Source: an uncultured Pelagibacteraceae bacterium
Lineage (GTDB): Bacteria; Pseudomonadota; Alphaproteobacteria; Pelagibacterales; Pelagibacteraceae
Direction: 5' to 3'
DNA: 64,000 nt
NCBI GenBank assembly: GCA_902619595.1
Contig: CACNFE010000006.1
Span: 3,194 to 67,193, forward strand
Part shown: positions 33,668 through 45,291 of the stretch, piece by piece
Position numbering within the stretch: the first letter of the stretch is position 1
Layout: every line of letters starts with the position of its first letter
Program-made: the position numbers and the translations under genes
The notes under the pieces: generated by a model
Database searches by the model: none
Seen by the model: only the letters and a program-made list of their open reading frames with translations
What the model was told of the DNA's origin: nothing

Positions 33668-34258
33668 ATGTCACTTACTTTCAACGACTTTCAAAAGCAG
33701 GAAATCAACTTTGACATTGAAAAACTTAAAGAGGCTTGTGATCAAGTTTTAAAAATCAAAGGTTTTGACACTAGTTTAGGTATACCACACTTTGCGGGGA
33801 TTTCTTTAAACCAAATTCCAGGTGATCCAGAGTCAATTAAAGGGTCAAAAGTTCGAGGTGTATATTGGACAAAACCTGATAGCTCAGGAAATGAAGTTTC
33901 AAGAGATGAAATGATAGATGAAAGTAAATATACAGAATTTGTTGAAGATTTTAAAGGGACGTATTTCGAAACTGTTTATAACGAACTTTCAAAAAAATAT
34001 AAACTTGGCAGAGTTAGACTTCTTTTAAAAGAACCGAGGTCAACATTAAGTTGGCATAGAGATCCAGAGCCAAGATTACATATTCCAATTTACACAAATC
34101 CTGGTGCCATTATGGTTGTTGATCAAGTTGCAAAACATTTGCCAGCTGATGGCTCAGTTTGGATCACAAATAATACAAAGTATCACAATGCTTTTAATGG
34201 TGGCGAAGAGAACAGAGTTCATCTTGTTGCATGTGTACTAGATTATAAGTTTAATTAA
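33668..34258 (+). CDS. Aspartyl/asparaginyl beta-hydroxylase-like Fe(II)/2-oxoglutarate oxygenase
   Basis: WHRD...RLHIP...HNAFNGG..NRVHLV: HxD...H triad plus 2OG-binding Arg. Confidence 0.75.
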   Translation: MSLTFNDFQKQEINFDIEKLKEACDQVLKIKGFDTSLGIPHFAGISLNQIPGDPESIKGSKVRGVYWTKPDSSGNEVSRDEMIDESKYTEFVEDFKGTYFETVYNELSKKYKLGRVRLLLKEPRSTLSWHRDPEPRLHIPIYTNPGAIMVVDQVAKHLPADGSVWITNNTKYHNAFNGGEENRVHLVACVLDYKFN

Positions 34259-34259
34259 T

Positions 34260-34685
34260 TTGAGTAAAATTTTTATTTCTTCTGATCATGCAGGTTTTAA
34301 TCTAAAAGAATTTATTAAAAAAAAACTTATTAAAAAAAAGAGAAAAATTTTTGATTTAGGTCCTGATAATAGTAATTCTGTTGATTATCCAATTTACGCA
34401 CATAAACTATCAAAAGCTGTATCAAAAAATTCAAAAAATTTTGGTATTTTAATATGTGGCTCAGGCACAGGAATGAATATAGCGGCAAATAAACATAAAA
34501 AAATACGTGCAGCCGCATGTTACAGTATAAAATCTACTAAATTATCAAGAATGCATAATAATGCTAATATTATTACCCTAGGTTCAAGGTTGATATCCAG
34601 AAAAAATGCTTTATTGTTTATTGATACTTTTTTAAAAACAAAATTTGATGGCGGGAGACATCAAAGAAGAGTAAATAAAATTTGA
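34260..34685 (+). CDS. rpiB: Ribose-5-phosphate isomerase B
   Basis: SDHAG, SVDYP, CGSGTG, HNNAN, GGRH. Confidence 0.95.
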   Translation: MSKIFISSDHAGFNLKEFIKKKLIKKKRKIFDLGPDNSNSVDYPIYAHKLSKAVSKNSKNFGILICGSGTGMNIAANKHKKIRAAACYSIKSTKLSRMHNNANIITLGSRLISRKNALLFIDTFLKTKFDGGRHQRRVNKI

Positions 34686-34692
34686 GGATATT

Positions 34693-36003
34693 ATGTCTAG
34701 TGAAAATAAATATGTAAATGATCAATACAAGGGATTTTTTGAGGATAGTTTATCCAAAACAGATCCAGATCTTTTTAAAGCAATTAGTGATGAACTAAGA
34801 AGACAACAACAACATATAGAGTTAATAGCATCAGAAAATATTGTTTCTCAAGCTGTGCTAGAGGCTCAAGGTTCAGTTTTAACAAATAAATACGCTGAGG
34901 GATACCCTGGTAAAAGATATTATAATGGTTGTGAGCATGTTGATGTTGTGGAAAATTTAGCAATCGAGAGATTAAAAAAATTATTTAATTGTAAATTTGC
35001 AAATGCTCAACCACACTCGGGTGCTCAAGCAAATGGTGCAGTTTTTTTAGCTTTGCTAAAACCTGGTGATACTTTTTTAGGAATGAGCTTAAACTCAGGG
35101 GGACATATAACTCATGGATTAAAAATTTCTATGTCAGGCAAATGGTTTAATGCAATCGGTTATGATGTCGATAAAAAATCAGAATTAATTGATTATGACA
35201 ACGTTGAAAAATTAGCATTAGAACATAAACCAAAATTAATTATTGCTGGCGGTAGTGCCTACTCAAGAGTAATTGACTTTAAAAGATTTAGAGAAATAGC
35301 AGATAAAGTTGGAGCTTACCTCATGGTAGATATGGCTCACTTCTCAGGTCTTGTAGCTGGCAAAGGTTATCCTAATCCATGTGATTATGCTCATGTAGTA
35401 ACATCTACAACACATAAAGTTTTTAGAAGTGCAAGAGGTGGTATAATTTTAACTAATCACGAAGATCTTTCAAAAAAATTTAACACAGCCGTTTTTCCTG
35501 GATATCAAGGAGGACCATTAATGCATGTTATAGCTGCGAAGGCTGCTGGTTTTCTTGAGGCATTACGACCAGATTTTCAAGATTACATAAAATCTGTTTT
35601 ATCCAATGCAAAAATTTTAGCTGAGACATTAAAAAATAATGATTTTAAAATTTACTCTGGAGGCACAGACACTCACTTGATGGTAGTCGATCTAAGACCG
35701 TTTAAATTAAAAGGAAATTTAGCAGCAGAAAGCTTATGCAGAGCTAATATTACTTGTAATAAAAATGGAATTCCATTTGACACTGAAAGCCCAATGGTTA
35801 CATCAGGAATAAGACTGGGCTCTCAAGCTGCAACAACTAGAGGATTTGGTTTAAAAGAATTTGAAATGGTGGGACAACTTATTACAAAAGTGATTAAAGG
35901 CCTTTCGTCAAATCCAGAAGATAATAGCAAAGTGGAAAATGAAGTAAGACAGGAAGTAATTGAACTATGTTCAAAATTTCCAATTTATAAACACTTAGGT
36001 TAA
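34693..36003 (+). CDS. glyA: Serine hydroxymethyltransferase
   Basis: [31 protein letters not shown]; GAGG RBS. Confidence 0.97.
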   Translation: MSSENKYVNDQYKGFFEDSLSKTDPDLFKAISDELRRQQQHIELIASENIVSQAVLEAQGSVLTNKYAEGYPGKRYYNGCEHVDVVENLAIERLKKLFNCKFANAQPHSGAQANGAVFLALLKPGDTFLGMSLNSGGHITHGLKISMSGKWFNAIGYDVDKKSELIDYDNVEKLALEHKPKLIIAGGSAYSRVIDFKRFREIADKVGAYLMVDMAHFSGLVAGKGYPNPCDYAHVVTSTTHKVFRSARGGIILTNHEDLSKKFNTAVFPGYQGGPLMHVIAAKAAGFLEALRPDFQDYIKSVLSNAKILAETLKNNDFKIYSGGTDTHLMVVDLRPFKLKGNLAAESLCRANITCNKNGIPFDTESPMVTSGIRLGSQAATTRGFGLKEFEMVGQLITKVIKGLSSNPEDNSKVENEVRQEVIELCSKFPIYKHLG

Positions 36004-36013
36004 ATAAATTTAA

Positions 36014-36472
36014 ATGATATGTCCTTGTGAAAAAAAAGGGGAAACTTCGGTTGTTGACTCTAGGCCAACTGAAGACGGTACAGCTATAAGAAGAAGAAGG
36101 CTTTGTACATGTGGAGAAAGATTTACTACTTTTGAAAGAATACAAATTCGAGAATTAATGGTTGTAAAAAAGAATGGTAGAAAATCTCCTTTTGACAGAG
36201 ATAAGTTAGCTAAATCAATTTACATCGCTCTTAAAAAAAGACCTATCGATACTGATACAGTTGAAAAATTTATTACCAAGATCTCTAGATCATTAGAGGA
36301 ATTAGGACAAAATGAAATTGCATCAAACACTATTGGAACCATGGTTATGGACGGATTAAAGGACCTAGATCCAGTTGCCTATGTACGTTTTGCATCTGTG
36401 TACAGAAACTTCAGAGAAGAAAAAGATTTTATTCAATTTGTAGACAAAATAGATGTCTTCAAAAAAAGGTAA
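36014..36472 (+). CDS. nrdR: Transcriptional repressor NrdR
   Basis: VDSR, RRRR, RFTTFE, ATP-cone, [10 protein letters not shown]. Confidence 0.95.
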   Translation: MICPCEKKGETSVVDSRPTEDGTAIRRRRLCTCGERFTTFERIQIRELMVVKKNGRKSPFDRDKLAKSIYIALKKRPIDTDTVEKFITKISRSLEELGQNEIASNTIGTMVMDGLKDLDPVAYVRFASVYRNFREEKDFIQFVDKIDVFKKR

Positions 36473-37565
36473 AACAAAACCAACTAATAATTATTATATG
36501 GGTTTGGCTTTAGCACTTGCTAGAGAAAACGCCGGTTTAACTAAAGAAAATCCATCTGTTGGATGTGTATTAGTTAAAAATAATCAAATTATTTCAACTG
36601 GCATAACCTCAGAGAATGGGCGTCCACACGCAGAATATAATGCAGTAAAAAATAGCGCTGATAATGTAAGTGGTTCAACTGCTTACGTCACTATGGAACC
36701 ATGCACCCATAAAGGTAAAACTGATCCTTGTTCAAGTTTACTAATTAAATCAAAGGTAAAAAAAGTTTATTTTTCAGTCTCCGATATTGATGAGAGGACT
36801 TCTAATAAAGCTCTCAAAGTCTTTAAAAGAAAAGGTATTGTTGTCAAAAAGGGAATTCTTAAAAGAGAAGTAAAAAATTTTTACTCTAATTATTTTTTTA
36901 ATCGCAAACATAAATTACCTTATATAACAGGTAAAATTGCTTGCTCAAAAGACAATTATATTAAATCAAATAAATCTCAGTATATATCAAATCAAGAGTC
37001 GTTAAATGTTACTCATTTATTGAGATACAGAAATGATGGTATTTTAGTTTCGTATAAAACAATTAACGCAGATAATCCAAAGCTAAATTGTAGATTACCC
37101 GGTTTAGAAAATTTTTCTCCAAAAATATTTATTATAGATAGAAATTTGAGGACAAAAAATTCCTCATATGTGCTTAATTGTATAAATCGAAGAAATACTT
37201 TTATATTCCATAACTCTAATAAATTAAAAAAAATTAAATATCTTAAAAAAAAAGGGATTAAACTTATAAAAATAAAAGATGAAAATATTGACAAATTTGA
37301 CCCATATAAAATAGCAAAAGAGATCTATAAAAAAAAAGTCTATAATCTATTAGTTGAGGGAGGTTTTGATATTACAAAATCTTTTTTAAAGAAAAATTTT
37401 TTTAATCAATTTTACTTATTCAAGAGTAATAATAGCCTTAAATCAAATGGATCAATAAAAATTTCAGATATATTTTCTGGATTAAATAAAAATTTTAAAA
37501 ATAAAAAAATGTTAGACACTTACTCTAATAAAGATAAAATCATAAGGTATTTTAATTATGTTTAA
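36453..37565 (+). CDS. ribD: Riboflavin biosynthesis deaminase/reductase
   Basis: NPSVGCV, HAE, EPCTH..TDPC, LVEGG. Confidence 0.92.
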   Translation: MSSKKGKTKPTNNYYMGLALALARENAGLTKENPSVGCVLVKNNQIISTGITSENGRPHAEYNAVKNSADNVSGSTAYVTMEPCTHKGKTDPCSSLLIKSKVKKVYFSVSDIDERTSNKALKVFKRKGIVVKKGILKREVKNFYSNYFFNRKHKLPYITGKIACSKDNYIKSNKSQYISNQESLNVTHLLRYRNDGILVSYKTINADNPKLNCRLPGLENFSPKIFIIDRNLRTKNSSYVLNCINRRNTFIFHNSNKLKKIKYLKKKGIKLIKIKDENIDKFDPYKIAKEIYKKKVYNLLVEGGFDITKSFLKKNFFNQFYLFKSNNSLKSNGSIKISDIFSGLNKNFKNKKMLDTYSNKDKIIRYFNYV

Positions 37566-38148
37566 TGGAATTATATTTAATAAGGGTAGGGTTGAAAAAA
37601 TTATAAAATATAAAAAAGGACTTAATCTTTTTGTTAAATCTTCATTAAAATTAAAAAAAAAAGATTTAGGTACTTCGATATCATGTGATGGAGTTTGTTT
37701 AACTTTATCCTCTGTCAAAAAAAATATTCAAGGATTCTATTTATCAAATGAAACTCTTAAAAGATCAAAATTTCAAAATATTAAAAAAAGAGACATTATA
37801 AATCTCGAACTACCTATGAAATATGGTCAAAATATATCAGGTCACATTTGCCAAGGTCATGTTGATACCGTTGGAATAGTTAATAAAATTACTAAATCAG
37901 ATAAGTCGATTATTTTTGACATCTCGATTGATAATAAATTCAAAAAGGATTTAATAGAGAAAGCATCTATATTAATTAATGGTGTTTCATTAACAATTTC
38001 GAAGATAACGAAAAAAGGTTTTAAATTATGGATAATTCCACACACTTTAAAACTTACTAATTTAAACAATTTAAAAAAAAAGGATAAAGTTAATATTGAA
38101 ATAGATATTTTATCAAAATATGTGAAGAGATATGTCAAAAAAAAATAG
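37558..38148 (+). CDS. ribE: Riboflavin synthase
   Basis: MFNGII, GVCLT, GHICQGHVD, NGVSLT, IPHT, NIEID. Confidence 0.93.
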   Translation: MFNGIIFNKGRVEKIIKYKKGLNLFVKSSLKLKKKDLGTSISCDGVCLTLSSVKKNIQGFYLSNETLKRSKFQNIKKRDIINLELPMKYGQNISGHICQGHVDTVGIVNKITKSDKSIIFDISIDNKFKKDLIEKASILINGVSLTISKITKKGFKLWIIPHTLKLTNLNNLKKKDKVNIEIDILSKYVKRYVKKK

Positions 38149-39238
38149 TTACTCAACCATTGAAACAATTATTCGTACTGCAAAAAAAGGCGGGATGTAT
38201 ATATTAGTGGATGATGAAAATCGAGAAAATGAAGGTGACCTTGTTTTTTGTGCTTCAGACGTAGATCAAAAAAAAATAAATTTTATGGCTAAAAATGGCA
38301 GAGGTTTAATTTGCCTAACTTTAAATAATACACAGGCAAAAAAATTAAATTTAAATTATATGGCTCCAGTTAATCAATCAAGAAACCAAACAGCTTTCAC
38401 AGTGTCAATTGAGGCTAGAAAAGGTATTTCAACAGGTATCTCTGCTAGAGATAGGGCAAAAACTATTAAAGTTGCAACAAGAAGAAATGTAAAAAAAAAA
38501 GATATTGTTTCACCAGGACATGTTTTTCCAATAATTGGTAGAGAGGGTGGTGTATTAGTTAGAGCAGGACATACAGAGGCATCAATCGATATCTCTAAAC
38601 TAGCTAAGAAAAATCCCGCAGCAGTTATTTGTGAAATAATGAATGAAGATGGCACAATGGCTAGGGGACAAGATCTAATCAAATTTGCTGATAAGTTTAA
38701 TCTTAAAATTGGGAAAATTGAGGATCTAATATCTTACAGACTAAAAAAAGAGAAACTTATTAAATTAAAAAAAACTTCAAAAATCAAAATACAAAAACAA
38801 ATTTATAAAATTAAAATTTATGAAAATATAATTGATGGTTCAGAACATTTTGCTTTAATTAAAGGAAACTTAAAAAAAAAAATATCAACTAGACTAAGAG
38901 TAATTTCTTCAAATGTTGTTGAAAATTATTTAATTAGTCAAAAAATTCCAAATTCATTTAATAAAACAATTAATTACTTTAAAAAATTTAATAATTGTGT
39001 ACTTATTTTTATAAGAGATCCAAATTTGAAATCAGTATCACAAACCTTAAAAAAACATAAAAATAATGAAAACAATAAAATGGGACAAGATAAATTAATA
39101 AAAACCTACGGTATAGGAGCGCAAATAATTAAATCGCTTGGTATTAAGAATATGATATTGGTTACAAGATCAAGAAAAAAAGTTGTTGGTCTTGATGGAT
39201 ATGGAATTAAAATTGTCAAACAAGAAATTTTAAAATGA
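38132..39238 (+). CDS. ribB: 3,4-dihydroxy-2-butanone-4-phosphate synthase with degenerate GTP cyclohydrolase II-like C-terminus (RibBX type)
   Basis: DDENRENEGD, GISARDR, PGHVFP, RAGHTEA, ICEI; the C-terminus keeps YGIGAQI but lacks the Cys zinc ligands. Confidence 0.9.
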   Translation: MSKKNSYSTIETIIRTAKKGGMYILVDDENRENEGDLVFCASDVDQKKINFMAKNGRGLICLTLNNTQAKKLNLNYMAPVNQSRNQTAFTVSIEARKGISTGISARDRAKTIKVATRRNVKKKDIVSPGHVFPIIGREGGVLVRAGHTEASIDISKLAKKNPAAVICEIMNEDGTMARGQDLIKFADKFNLKIGKIEDLISYRLKKEKLIKLKKTSKIKIQKQIYKIKIYENIIDGSEHFALIKGNLKKKISTRLRVISSNVVENYLISQKIPNSFNKTINYFKKFNNCVLIFIRDPNLKSVSQTLKKHKNNENNKMGQDKLIKTYGIGAQIIKSLGIKNMILVTRSRKKVVGLDGYGIKIVKQEILK

Positions 39239-39624
39239 AAAAAAAAATATTAGTTGTAATAGCAAATTATTATACAAATATTGCAGATGAGTTATTAAAA
39301 AGTGCTCTAAATGAGTTAAAAAATATTCATCAAACAAAAATTATAAATGTACCAGGTGTTTTTGAAATTCCTGTGACTATTTCAAAATTTATAAAAAAAT
39401 TTGATGCCGCAATAGCTTTAGGCTGTGTCATCAAAGGAGAAACACCTCACTTTGATTTTATTTCTTCTGCAACTACAGATGCAATAATGAAAATAAGTAT
39501 TGATAGTAAGAAGCCAGTTGGAAATGGTGTAATTACATGTCTTAATAAAAAACAAGCAGAAGCACGCGGTAAAAAAGGCAAAGAAGCTGCAAAAGCTGTT
39601 TTATCAGTATTATCTCAAAAATAA
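39235..39624 (+). CDS. ribH: 6,7-dimethyl-8-ribityllumazine synthase
   Basis: VPGVFEIP, LGCVIKGETPHFD, KG.EAA. Confidence 0.94.
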   Translation: MKKKILVVIANYYTNIADELLKSALNELKNIHQTKIINVPGVFEIPVTISKFIKKFDAAIALGCVIKGETPHFDFISSATTDAIMKISIDSKKPVGNGVITCLNKKQAEARGKKGKEAAKAVLSVLSQK

Positions 39625-40025
39625 TGAAACTTCATTATTCTCCAAAAAATAATCCTAGAGTAATAGTAATTCAAAAAATTTACTCAAAAACTTTTAATAA
39701 AGAAGAGAAAATAACTTTTGAAAAACATAGATTTAAAAAATTTATAAAAGATGTTGTTTTAGGTACTTTAGAAAGAGACGAAGTATTATATGAAGAAATA
39801 AATAAATCATTAAATGACATAAAATTTCAAAATATGGATAAAATTTTACAAACAATAATTAAAAGTGCTGCTTATGAATTATTGTATAAAACCAAAATCC
39901 CTAGAAAAATTATTATCAAGGAATATTTAAATGCATCAAACTTTTTTATTGATAGCTCTAAAACAAAATATTTAAATGCTTTGCTTGATAAAATCTCAAA
40001 AGAAGTCAGAAAAAATAATGAATGA
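39624..40025 (+). CDS. nusB: Transcription antitermination factor NusB
   Basis: AAYEL..IP.KIIIKEY...YLNALLD; position after ribH. Confidence 0.85.
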   Translation: MKLHYSPKNNPRVIVIQKIYSKTFNKEEKITFEKHRFKKFIKDVVLGTLERDEVLYEEINKSLNDIKFQNMDKILQTIIKSAAYELLYKTKIPRKIIIKEYLNASNFFIDSSKTKYLNALLDKISKEVRKNNE

Positions 40026-40974
40026 GTTCGAAATTATTAATAATTATTTTAGAAAACTAGCGACCAGTAAAGCATCCTTAAATCTTAATGATGATATTTT
40101 TTTTGATAAAAAAAATAAATTAGCAGTTTCAACAGACACTTATTTTGAAAAAATACATTTTTTAAATTTTAAAAAACCTGGTCAGGTTATAAGAAAAATA
40201 ATAAGATCCTCTATATCTGACCTAATATGTAAAGGGGTTTATCCAAAATACATCTTCATTTGTGCATCGGGAAATAAACATTATTTCACGAAAAAAAATT
40301 TAGCAAAAATATCAAATTCTATTAAATCAGAGCAAAATAAATTTAAAATTTCTATTGGAGGAGGTGATACAGTAAAGTCAAACAAATTATCATTTTCAAT
40401 TACCTCGATAGGGTACGCCTCTACAATTATTTATCGTAATAAAGCAAAAAAAAATGATGACATATATGTAACGGGAAATTTAGGGGACAGCTTCACTGGA
40501 TTATCTATTTTAAAAAATATAATTAGGACTAATAGTCGGTTAGAAAAATATTTTATCGATAAGTACTTTTCTCCTGAATTACAAATAAAATTTATTAAAA
40601 AATTAAAACAAGTCGCTAGCTCTTCAATAGATATTTCAGATGGTTTATTTGCTGACTTAAAAAAACTTATTAATAAACAAAAGTTATCATATAAAATTTA
40701 TCTTAACAAAATACCTATCTCCAAGCAGTTATTAAAATTAATTTCAAATAAAAAATTTAAAAAAATTAAATTTATATCTAATGGTGATGATTATCAGATT
40801 TTATTTACAGCACCCAAGTTCAATCAAAAAAAAATTAGGGATTTTTCACTCAAAAATAAGATTCGAATAACTAAAATTGGAACAATGACAGATAATAAGC
40901 ATAAATCTATTATTCTAGATGGCGCTGGAAGACGAATATCGCTTAAAAACAAAGGATATTTTCATACTTTTTGA
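40018..40974 (+). CDS. thiL: Thiamine-monophosphate kinase
   Basis: MNEFEII, GGDT, YVTGNLG, DISDGL, GDDYQILFT, GYFH. Confidence 0.88.
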   Translation: MNEFEIINNYFRKLATSKASLNLNDDIFFDKKNKLAVSTDTYFEKIHFLNFKKPGQVIRKIIRSSISDLICKGVYPKYIFICASGNKHYFTKKNLAKISNSIKSEQNKFKISIGGGDTVKSNKLSFSITSIGYASTIIYRNKAKKNDDIYVTGNLGDSFTGLSILKNIIRTNSRLEKYFIDKYFSPELQIKFIKKLKQVASSSIDISDGLFADLKKLINKQKLSYKIYLNKIPISKQLLKLISNKKFKKIKFISNGDDYQILFTAPKFNQKKIRDFSLKNKIRITKIGTMTDNKHKSIILDGAGRRISLKNKGYFHTF

Positions 40975-41057
40975 CCAAGTTAAACGTTGCCTTTTATAAT
41001 CTTTTTTGTATTGTCCGATTTTTAATAATTAATAAATAATTAAATCTAGGAATTAAA

Positions 41058-43163
41058 ATGAACTCATCAGTAGAAACAATATTAATTTACACAATATTAG
41101 CAGGATTATTATCAATAGTTTATGGTTTTTTTACAGGTAAACAAATTTTAAATGCAAGTTCGGGCAATGATAAAATGCGGGACATAGCTTCAGCTATTCA
41201 GATTGGTGCAAAAGCTTATTTAAACAGACAGTATAAAACCATAGCCATTGTCGGTGTTGTTGTCTTAATAATAATTAGTTATGCTTTTAGTATTCTTGTA
41301 GGACTTGGTTATTTAATTGGTGCTGCCCTTTCAGGAATTGCTGGCTATGTTGGGATGTTAGTATCAGTAGAGGCTAATGTAAGAACAGCAGAGGCATCAA
41401 GAAAAGGTTTATCTAATGGGTTATCTGTAGCTTTCAAATCTGGTGCAGTAACAGGGATGCTTGTTGCTGGATTAGCTTTACTTGCTATTGCTGTTTATTA
41501 TTATTTATTATTAAAATTTAATATAAACGAGAGAGAGATAGTTAATGCACTTGTTGCACTTGGATTTGGCGCTTCATTAATATCAATTTTTGCTAGACTA
41601 GGTGGTGGAATATTCACAAAAGGCGCAGATGTAGGTGCAGATCTCGTGGGAAAAGTTGAAGCTGGGATTCCAGAGGACGATCCAAGAAATCCAGCTGTTA
41701 TTGCTGATAATGTTGGTGATAATGTAGGAGACTGCGCAGGTATGGCAGCTGATTTGTTTGAAACATATGCTGTAACTATAGTTGCAACCATGGTTCTTTC
41801 ATCTATCTTTTTTGTAAATGATTTAAATATGATGATTTATCCTTTGACTATTGGTGGTGTTTGTATTCTTACCTCAATATTAGGTACTTTCTTTGTTCGA
41901 TTGGGTAACAGTAAAAATATTATGGCAGCCTTATATAAAGGCTTTGTCGCTACAGCAATTTCTTCTTTAATTTTGTTATATCCCCTAACAGATTATGTAA
42001 TTGGTTTTACTACAGAGTATAGTGTAAATGGAATTTTATTTAATGGCAAAAGTCTTTATTATTGTGGTGTAATTGGTTTGGTTATTACAGGTCTGATAAT
42101 TTGGGTCACAGAATATTATACAGGAACTAATTATAGACCTGTTAAGAGTGTAGCTAGTTCATCAACAACTGGTCATGGAACGAATGTAATTCAAGGTCTT
42201 GCAGTTTCATTAGAAGCGACTGCTATACCAGCACTTATTATTGTATCAGGTATATTACTTACTAATTATATTGCTGGACTGTATGGTATTGCAATAGCAG
42301 TTACTACTATGCTTGCATTAGCAGGAATGGTTGTTGCCTTGGATGCATATGGACCAGTTACAGACAATGCTGGTGGTATAGCAGAAATGTCAAAATTACC
42401 AAATAACGTTCGTAAAACTACAGATGCTTTAGATGCAGTAGGTAACACTACTAAAGCAGTTACTAAAGGATATGCCATTGGTTCCGCAGGGTTAGGCGCT
42501 CTAGTTCTTTTCGCAGCTTATACAGAAGATATTAAACATTTTTCAAAAGAAGCTGGATCTAAATTAGAGGGAATTGTTGTAACGTTTGATTTATCCAATC
42601 CATATGTAGTCGTAGGTTTGTTAATAGGTGGTATGTTACCATATTTATTTGGTTCAATGGGAATGCAAGCTGTTGGAAGAGCAGGTGGGGCTGTTGTTAT
42701 AGAAGTTAGAAGACAATTTAAAAAATTCCCAGGCATCATGAAAAGAAAACAAAAACCTGACTATGCTAGGCTTGTTGATCTGTTAACTGTTGCAGCAATT
42801 AAAGAAATGATAATACCTTCTTTGTTACCAGTATTATCTCCAATAGTTTTATATTTTATAATTTTTGCTATTGGTGGACAAGTTGCTGCATTAGCATCAG
42901 TAGGTGCAATGTTACTTGGTGTAATCATCACAGGATTATTTGTTGCTGTATCAATGACAGCTGGAGGTGGTGCATGGGATAATGCTAAAAAATACATTGA
43001 AGATGGAAATTATGGTGGTAAAGGCTCAGAAGCTCATAAAGCTGCAGTAACAGGCGACACTGTTGGAGATCCTTACAAAGATACTGCTGGTCCTGCTGTA
43101 AACCCGATGATAAAAATAACTAATATAGTTGCATTACTCTTACTTGCTGTAATTGCTGGATAA
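41058..43163 (+). CDS. hppA: Membrane H+-translocating pyrophosphatase, K+-independent type
   Basis: [38 protein letters not shown]; GNTTKA carries the Lys determinant of K+-independent enzymes. Confidence 0.95.
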   Translation: MNSSVETILIYTILAGLLSIVYGFFTGKQILNASSGNDKMRDIASAIQIGAKAYLNRQYKTIAIVGVVVLIIISYAFSILVGLGYLIGAALSGIAGYVGMLVSVEANVRTAEASRKGLSNGLSVAFKSGAVTGMLVAGLALLAIAVYYYLLLKFNINEREIVNALVALGFGASLISIFARLGGGIFTKGADVGADLVGKVEAGIPEDDPRNPAVIADNVGDNVGDCAGMAADLFETYAVTIVATMVLSSIFFVNDLNMMIYPLTIGGVCILTSILGTFFVRLGNSKNIMAALYKGFVATAISSLILLYPLTDYVIGFTTEYSVNGILFNGKSLYYCGVIGLVITGLIIWVTEYYTGTNYRPVKSVASSSTTGHGTNVIQGLAVSLEATAIPALIIVSGILLTNYIAGLYGIAIAVTTMLALAGMVVALDAYGPVTDNAGGIAEMSKLPNNVRKTTDALDAVGNTTKAVTKGYAIGSAGLGALVLFAAYTEDIKHFSKEAGSKLEGIVVTFDLSNPYVVVGLLIGGMLPYLFGSMGMQAVGRAGGAVVIEVRRQFKKFPGIMKRKQKPDYARLVDLLTVAAIKEMIIPSLLPVLSPIVLYFIIFAIGGQVAALASVGAMLLGVIITGLFVAVSMTAGGGAWDNAKKYIEDGNYGGKGSEAHKAAVTGDTVGDPYKDTAGPAVNPMIKITNIVALLLLAVIAG

Positions 43164-43613
43164 TTATTTTTTTTTCATTGGTTCGTTTATTTTTTGTCTC
43201 ATACTAGATAAAAAATCATAAACAAATGATCTTTTTCTGTAGACTGAGTCTGTTGAAGCAGTTGCAAATTGTATATCCTTCATTGTATTTTTATCGTAAA
43301 ACTTTTTGTCGGCTAAAAGTCCAAATTCATCTATTTCAAGCACTAAAACATTATTAACTATTAATTTTTCTTTTCCGAGTTTGTATATTGATCCCGTCGA
43401 TATTTTTCTTTCAATATATATCCAAATGTCGGTGTCAAATGAACTTTTTGTCGAAGGCTCACCAAGTAATTTTAAAATATCATTTCTATTTGTATTGTTA
43501 ATTTCAAGATTTTTATGCTTTTTGTCTAAAAAATGAACCCCGTGGTGTTTTACTACTTTATTAGTTGAGCAACTTAAAATAAAAATAAATATAAAGATAA
43601 ATATATATTTCAT
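43164..43613 (-). CDS. bamE: Outer membrane assembly lipoprotein BamE
   Basis: Lipoprotein signal [24 protein letters not shown]; conserved position divergent from a Cbp3-like gene. Confidence 0.8.
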   Translation of the reverse strand: MKYIFIFIFIFILSCSTNKVVKHHGVHFLDKKHKNLEINNTNRNDILKLLGEPSTKSSFDTDIWIYIERKISTGSIYKLGKEKLIVNNVLVLEIDEFGLLADKKFYDKNTMKDIQFATASTDSVYRKRSFVYDFLSSMRQKINEPMKKK

Positions 43614-44085
43614 GAACAATAATTATATTAACATTTATAACAATTTAGTAAATTTCTCTAGAAATAAAAAAATATTCGAAATTTTTACTAAAAATGATAC
43701 ATTTTCTGATCGTTTAACCATCTTATTATTTCACTTAGGCTTCTTCATTAAAAATTACAAAAGTGAGATCAGCAAAAATGAAATGCAGAACATATATGAC
43801 TATATTTTTCGCCAACTAGAGCTAAGTATTCGTGAAATTGGCTATGGCGATGCATCAATAAATAAAAAAATGAAAAATTACTTAAATGTTTTTCACTCCA
43901 TTTTAGACAAAGTTGAAAGGTGGGAAGCTTTCTCAGAAAAAGATAAAGAAGAAATATTTAAAAGCTATGTTAATTTTGATGGAAATTTAACATATTTAAT
44001 TGATTATTTTGAAAAATATAGAAAATTCTTATCAAAAAAACCTTTTCATTTCTTTACAAAAGGTGTAATTAAAAACAATTTTTAA
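43612..44085 (+). CDS. Ubiquinol-cytochrome c chaperone (Cbp3-like)
   Basis: [24 protein letters not shown] motif. Confidence 0.8.
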   Translation: MNNNYINIYNNLVNFSRNKKIFEIFTKNDTFSDRLTILLFHLGFFIKNYKSEISKNEMQNIYDYIFRQLELSIREIGYGDASINKKMKNYLNVFHSILDKVERWEAFSEKDKEEIFKSYVNFDGNLTYLIDYFEKYRKFLSKKPFHFFTKGVIKNNF

Positions 44086-44087
44086 TT

Positions 44088-44267
44088 ATGGCTGTACCAA
44101 AACGTAAAACTACAAAATCAAGAGCTGGAAAAAGGAGATCCCATATTCGTGTTTCTCCAAAAAACGTTATTGAAGACAAAAAAAGTGGTGAATATAGATT
44201 ATCTCACCATTTAGATTTAAAAACTGGCATGTATAAAGGCAGACAAATTCTAGATCCTAAAGAATAA
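44088..44267 (+). CDS. rpmF: 50S ribosomal protein bL32 (59 aa, below the ORF-track cutoff)
   Basis: Hand translation [19 protein letters not shown]...[21 protein letters not shown]; lies upstream of plsX. Confidence 0.95.
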   Translation: MAVPKRKTTKSRAGKRRSHIRVSPKNVIEDKKSGEYRLSHHLDLKTGMYKGRQILDPKE

Positions 44268-44286
44268 TATATTTATAATACATTTA

Positions 44287-45291
44287 ATGTCTAAAAACAT
44301 AACAATTGCGGTTGATGCAATGGGTGGAGATGGATCTCCAAAAAAAATTATTGATGGAATAGCTCACCATAATAAAAATTCTAAGAATATCTTTTATAAA
44401 ATTTTTGGAGATAAAGAAAAAATTTTAAGTAATTTGCCTTCAGGTTTGAGTAAAGATGTTTATGAAATTTTTGACACGAAAAATAATGTCAAAGGAACCG
44501 ATACTCCACTAGAGGCTGCTAAAAGGGGTAAAGATACCAGTATGTGGCTTGCTATAGAAAGTGTAAAAAATAAAGAAGCTGATGCAATTATATCAGCTGG
44601 AAACACTGGTGCGTTATTAGTCATTGCTAAATTAAATCTTAAAATGATTGAAAATATAGATAAACCTGCGCTTTCAGCATTATGGCCAAATGAAAAAGGG
44701 ATGAGTGTAGTCTTAGATCTTGGAGCTAATATTGAATGTAGTGATAAAAATCTAATTGACTTTGCAGTAATGGGATCTTCAGTTTTTAAATCTTTATACC
44801 CAAATGAAATTGCAAAAGTAGCTTTACTAAATATTGGATCAGAGGAAATGAAGGGAAATGAGGTAATAAAAGAAACATATCAAAAATTGAACAGTATGAA
44901 AAGTTCAGATTATGAATTTAAAGGTTACATAGAAGGTAATAATTTAATGAAAGGTGATGTAAATGTAATAGTTTCAGATGGTTTTACCGGGAATATTGCT
45001 CTTAAAACTGCAGAGGGCACTGCTAATTTTATAACAAAAGAACTAAAAAAAACCTTTACTAACAATATTATTGGTAAACTTTCAGGATTAATTAATTATT
45101 TTAATTTCAAAAAATTTAAAAAAAGACTAGATCCAAGACTTTATAATGGAGCTATTTTTATAGGCTTAGACTCACCAGTTATAAAAAGTCATGGTGCTAC
45201 TGATTATATAGGTTTTTCTAATTCTCTATCTGTTTGTGAAAAAATCGTTAGAGGTGACTTAATCTCTAAAATTAAAAGTAATATTGCTTGA
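44287..45291 (+). CDS. plsX: Phosphate acyltransferase PlsX
   Basis: AVDAMGGD, SAGNTGA, LDLGAN, DGFTGNIALK, KSHG. Confidence 0.96.
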   Translation: MSKNITIAVDAMGGDGSPKKIIDGIAHHNKNSKNIFYKIFGDKEKILSNLPSGLSKDVYEIFDTKNNVKGTDTPLEAAKRGKDTSMWLAIESVKNKEADAIISAGNTGALLVIAKLNLKMIENIDKPALSALWPNEKGMSVVLDLGANIECSDKNLIDFAVMGSSVFKSLYPNEIAKVALLNIGSEEMKGNEVIKETYQKLNSMKSSDYEFKGYIEGNNLMKGDVNVIVSDGFTGNIALKTAEGTANFITKELKKTFTNNIIGKLSGLINYFNFKKFKKRLDPRLYNGAIFIGLDSPVIKSHGATDYIGFSNSLSVCEKIVRGDLISKIKSNIA

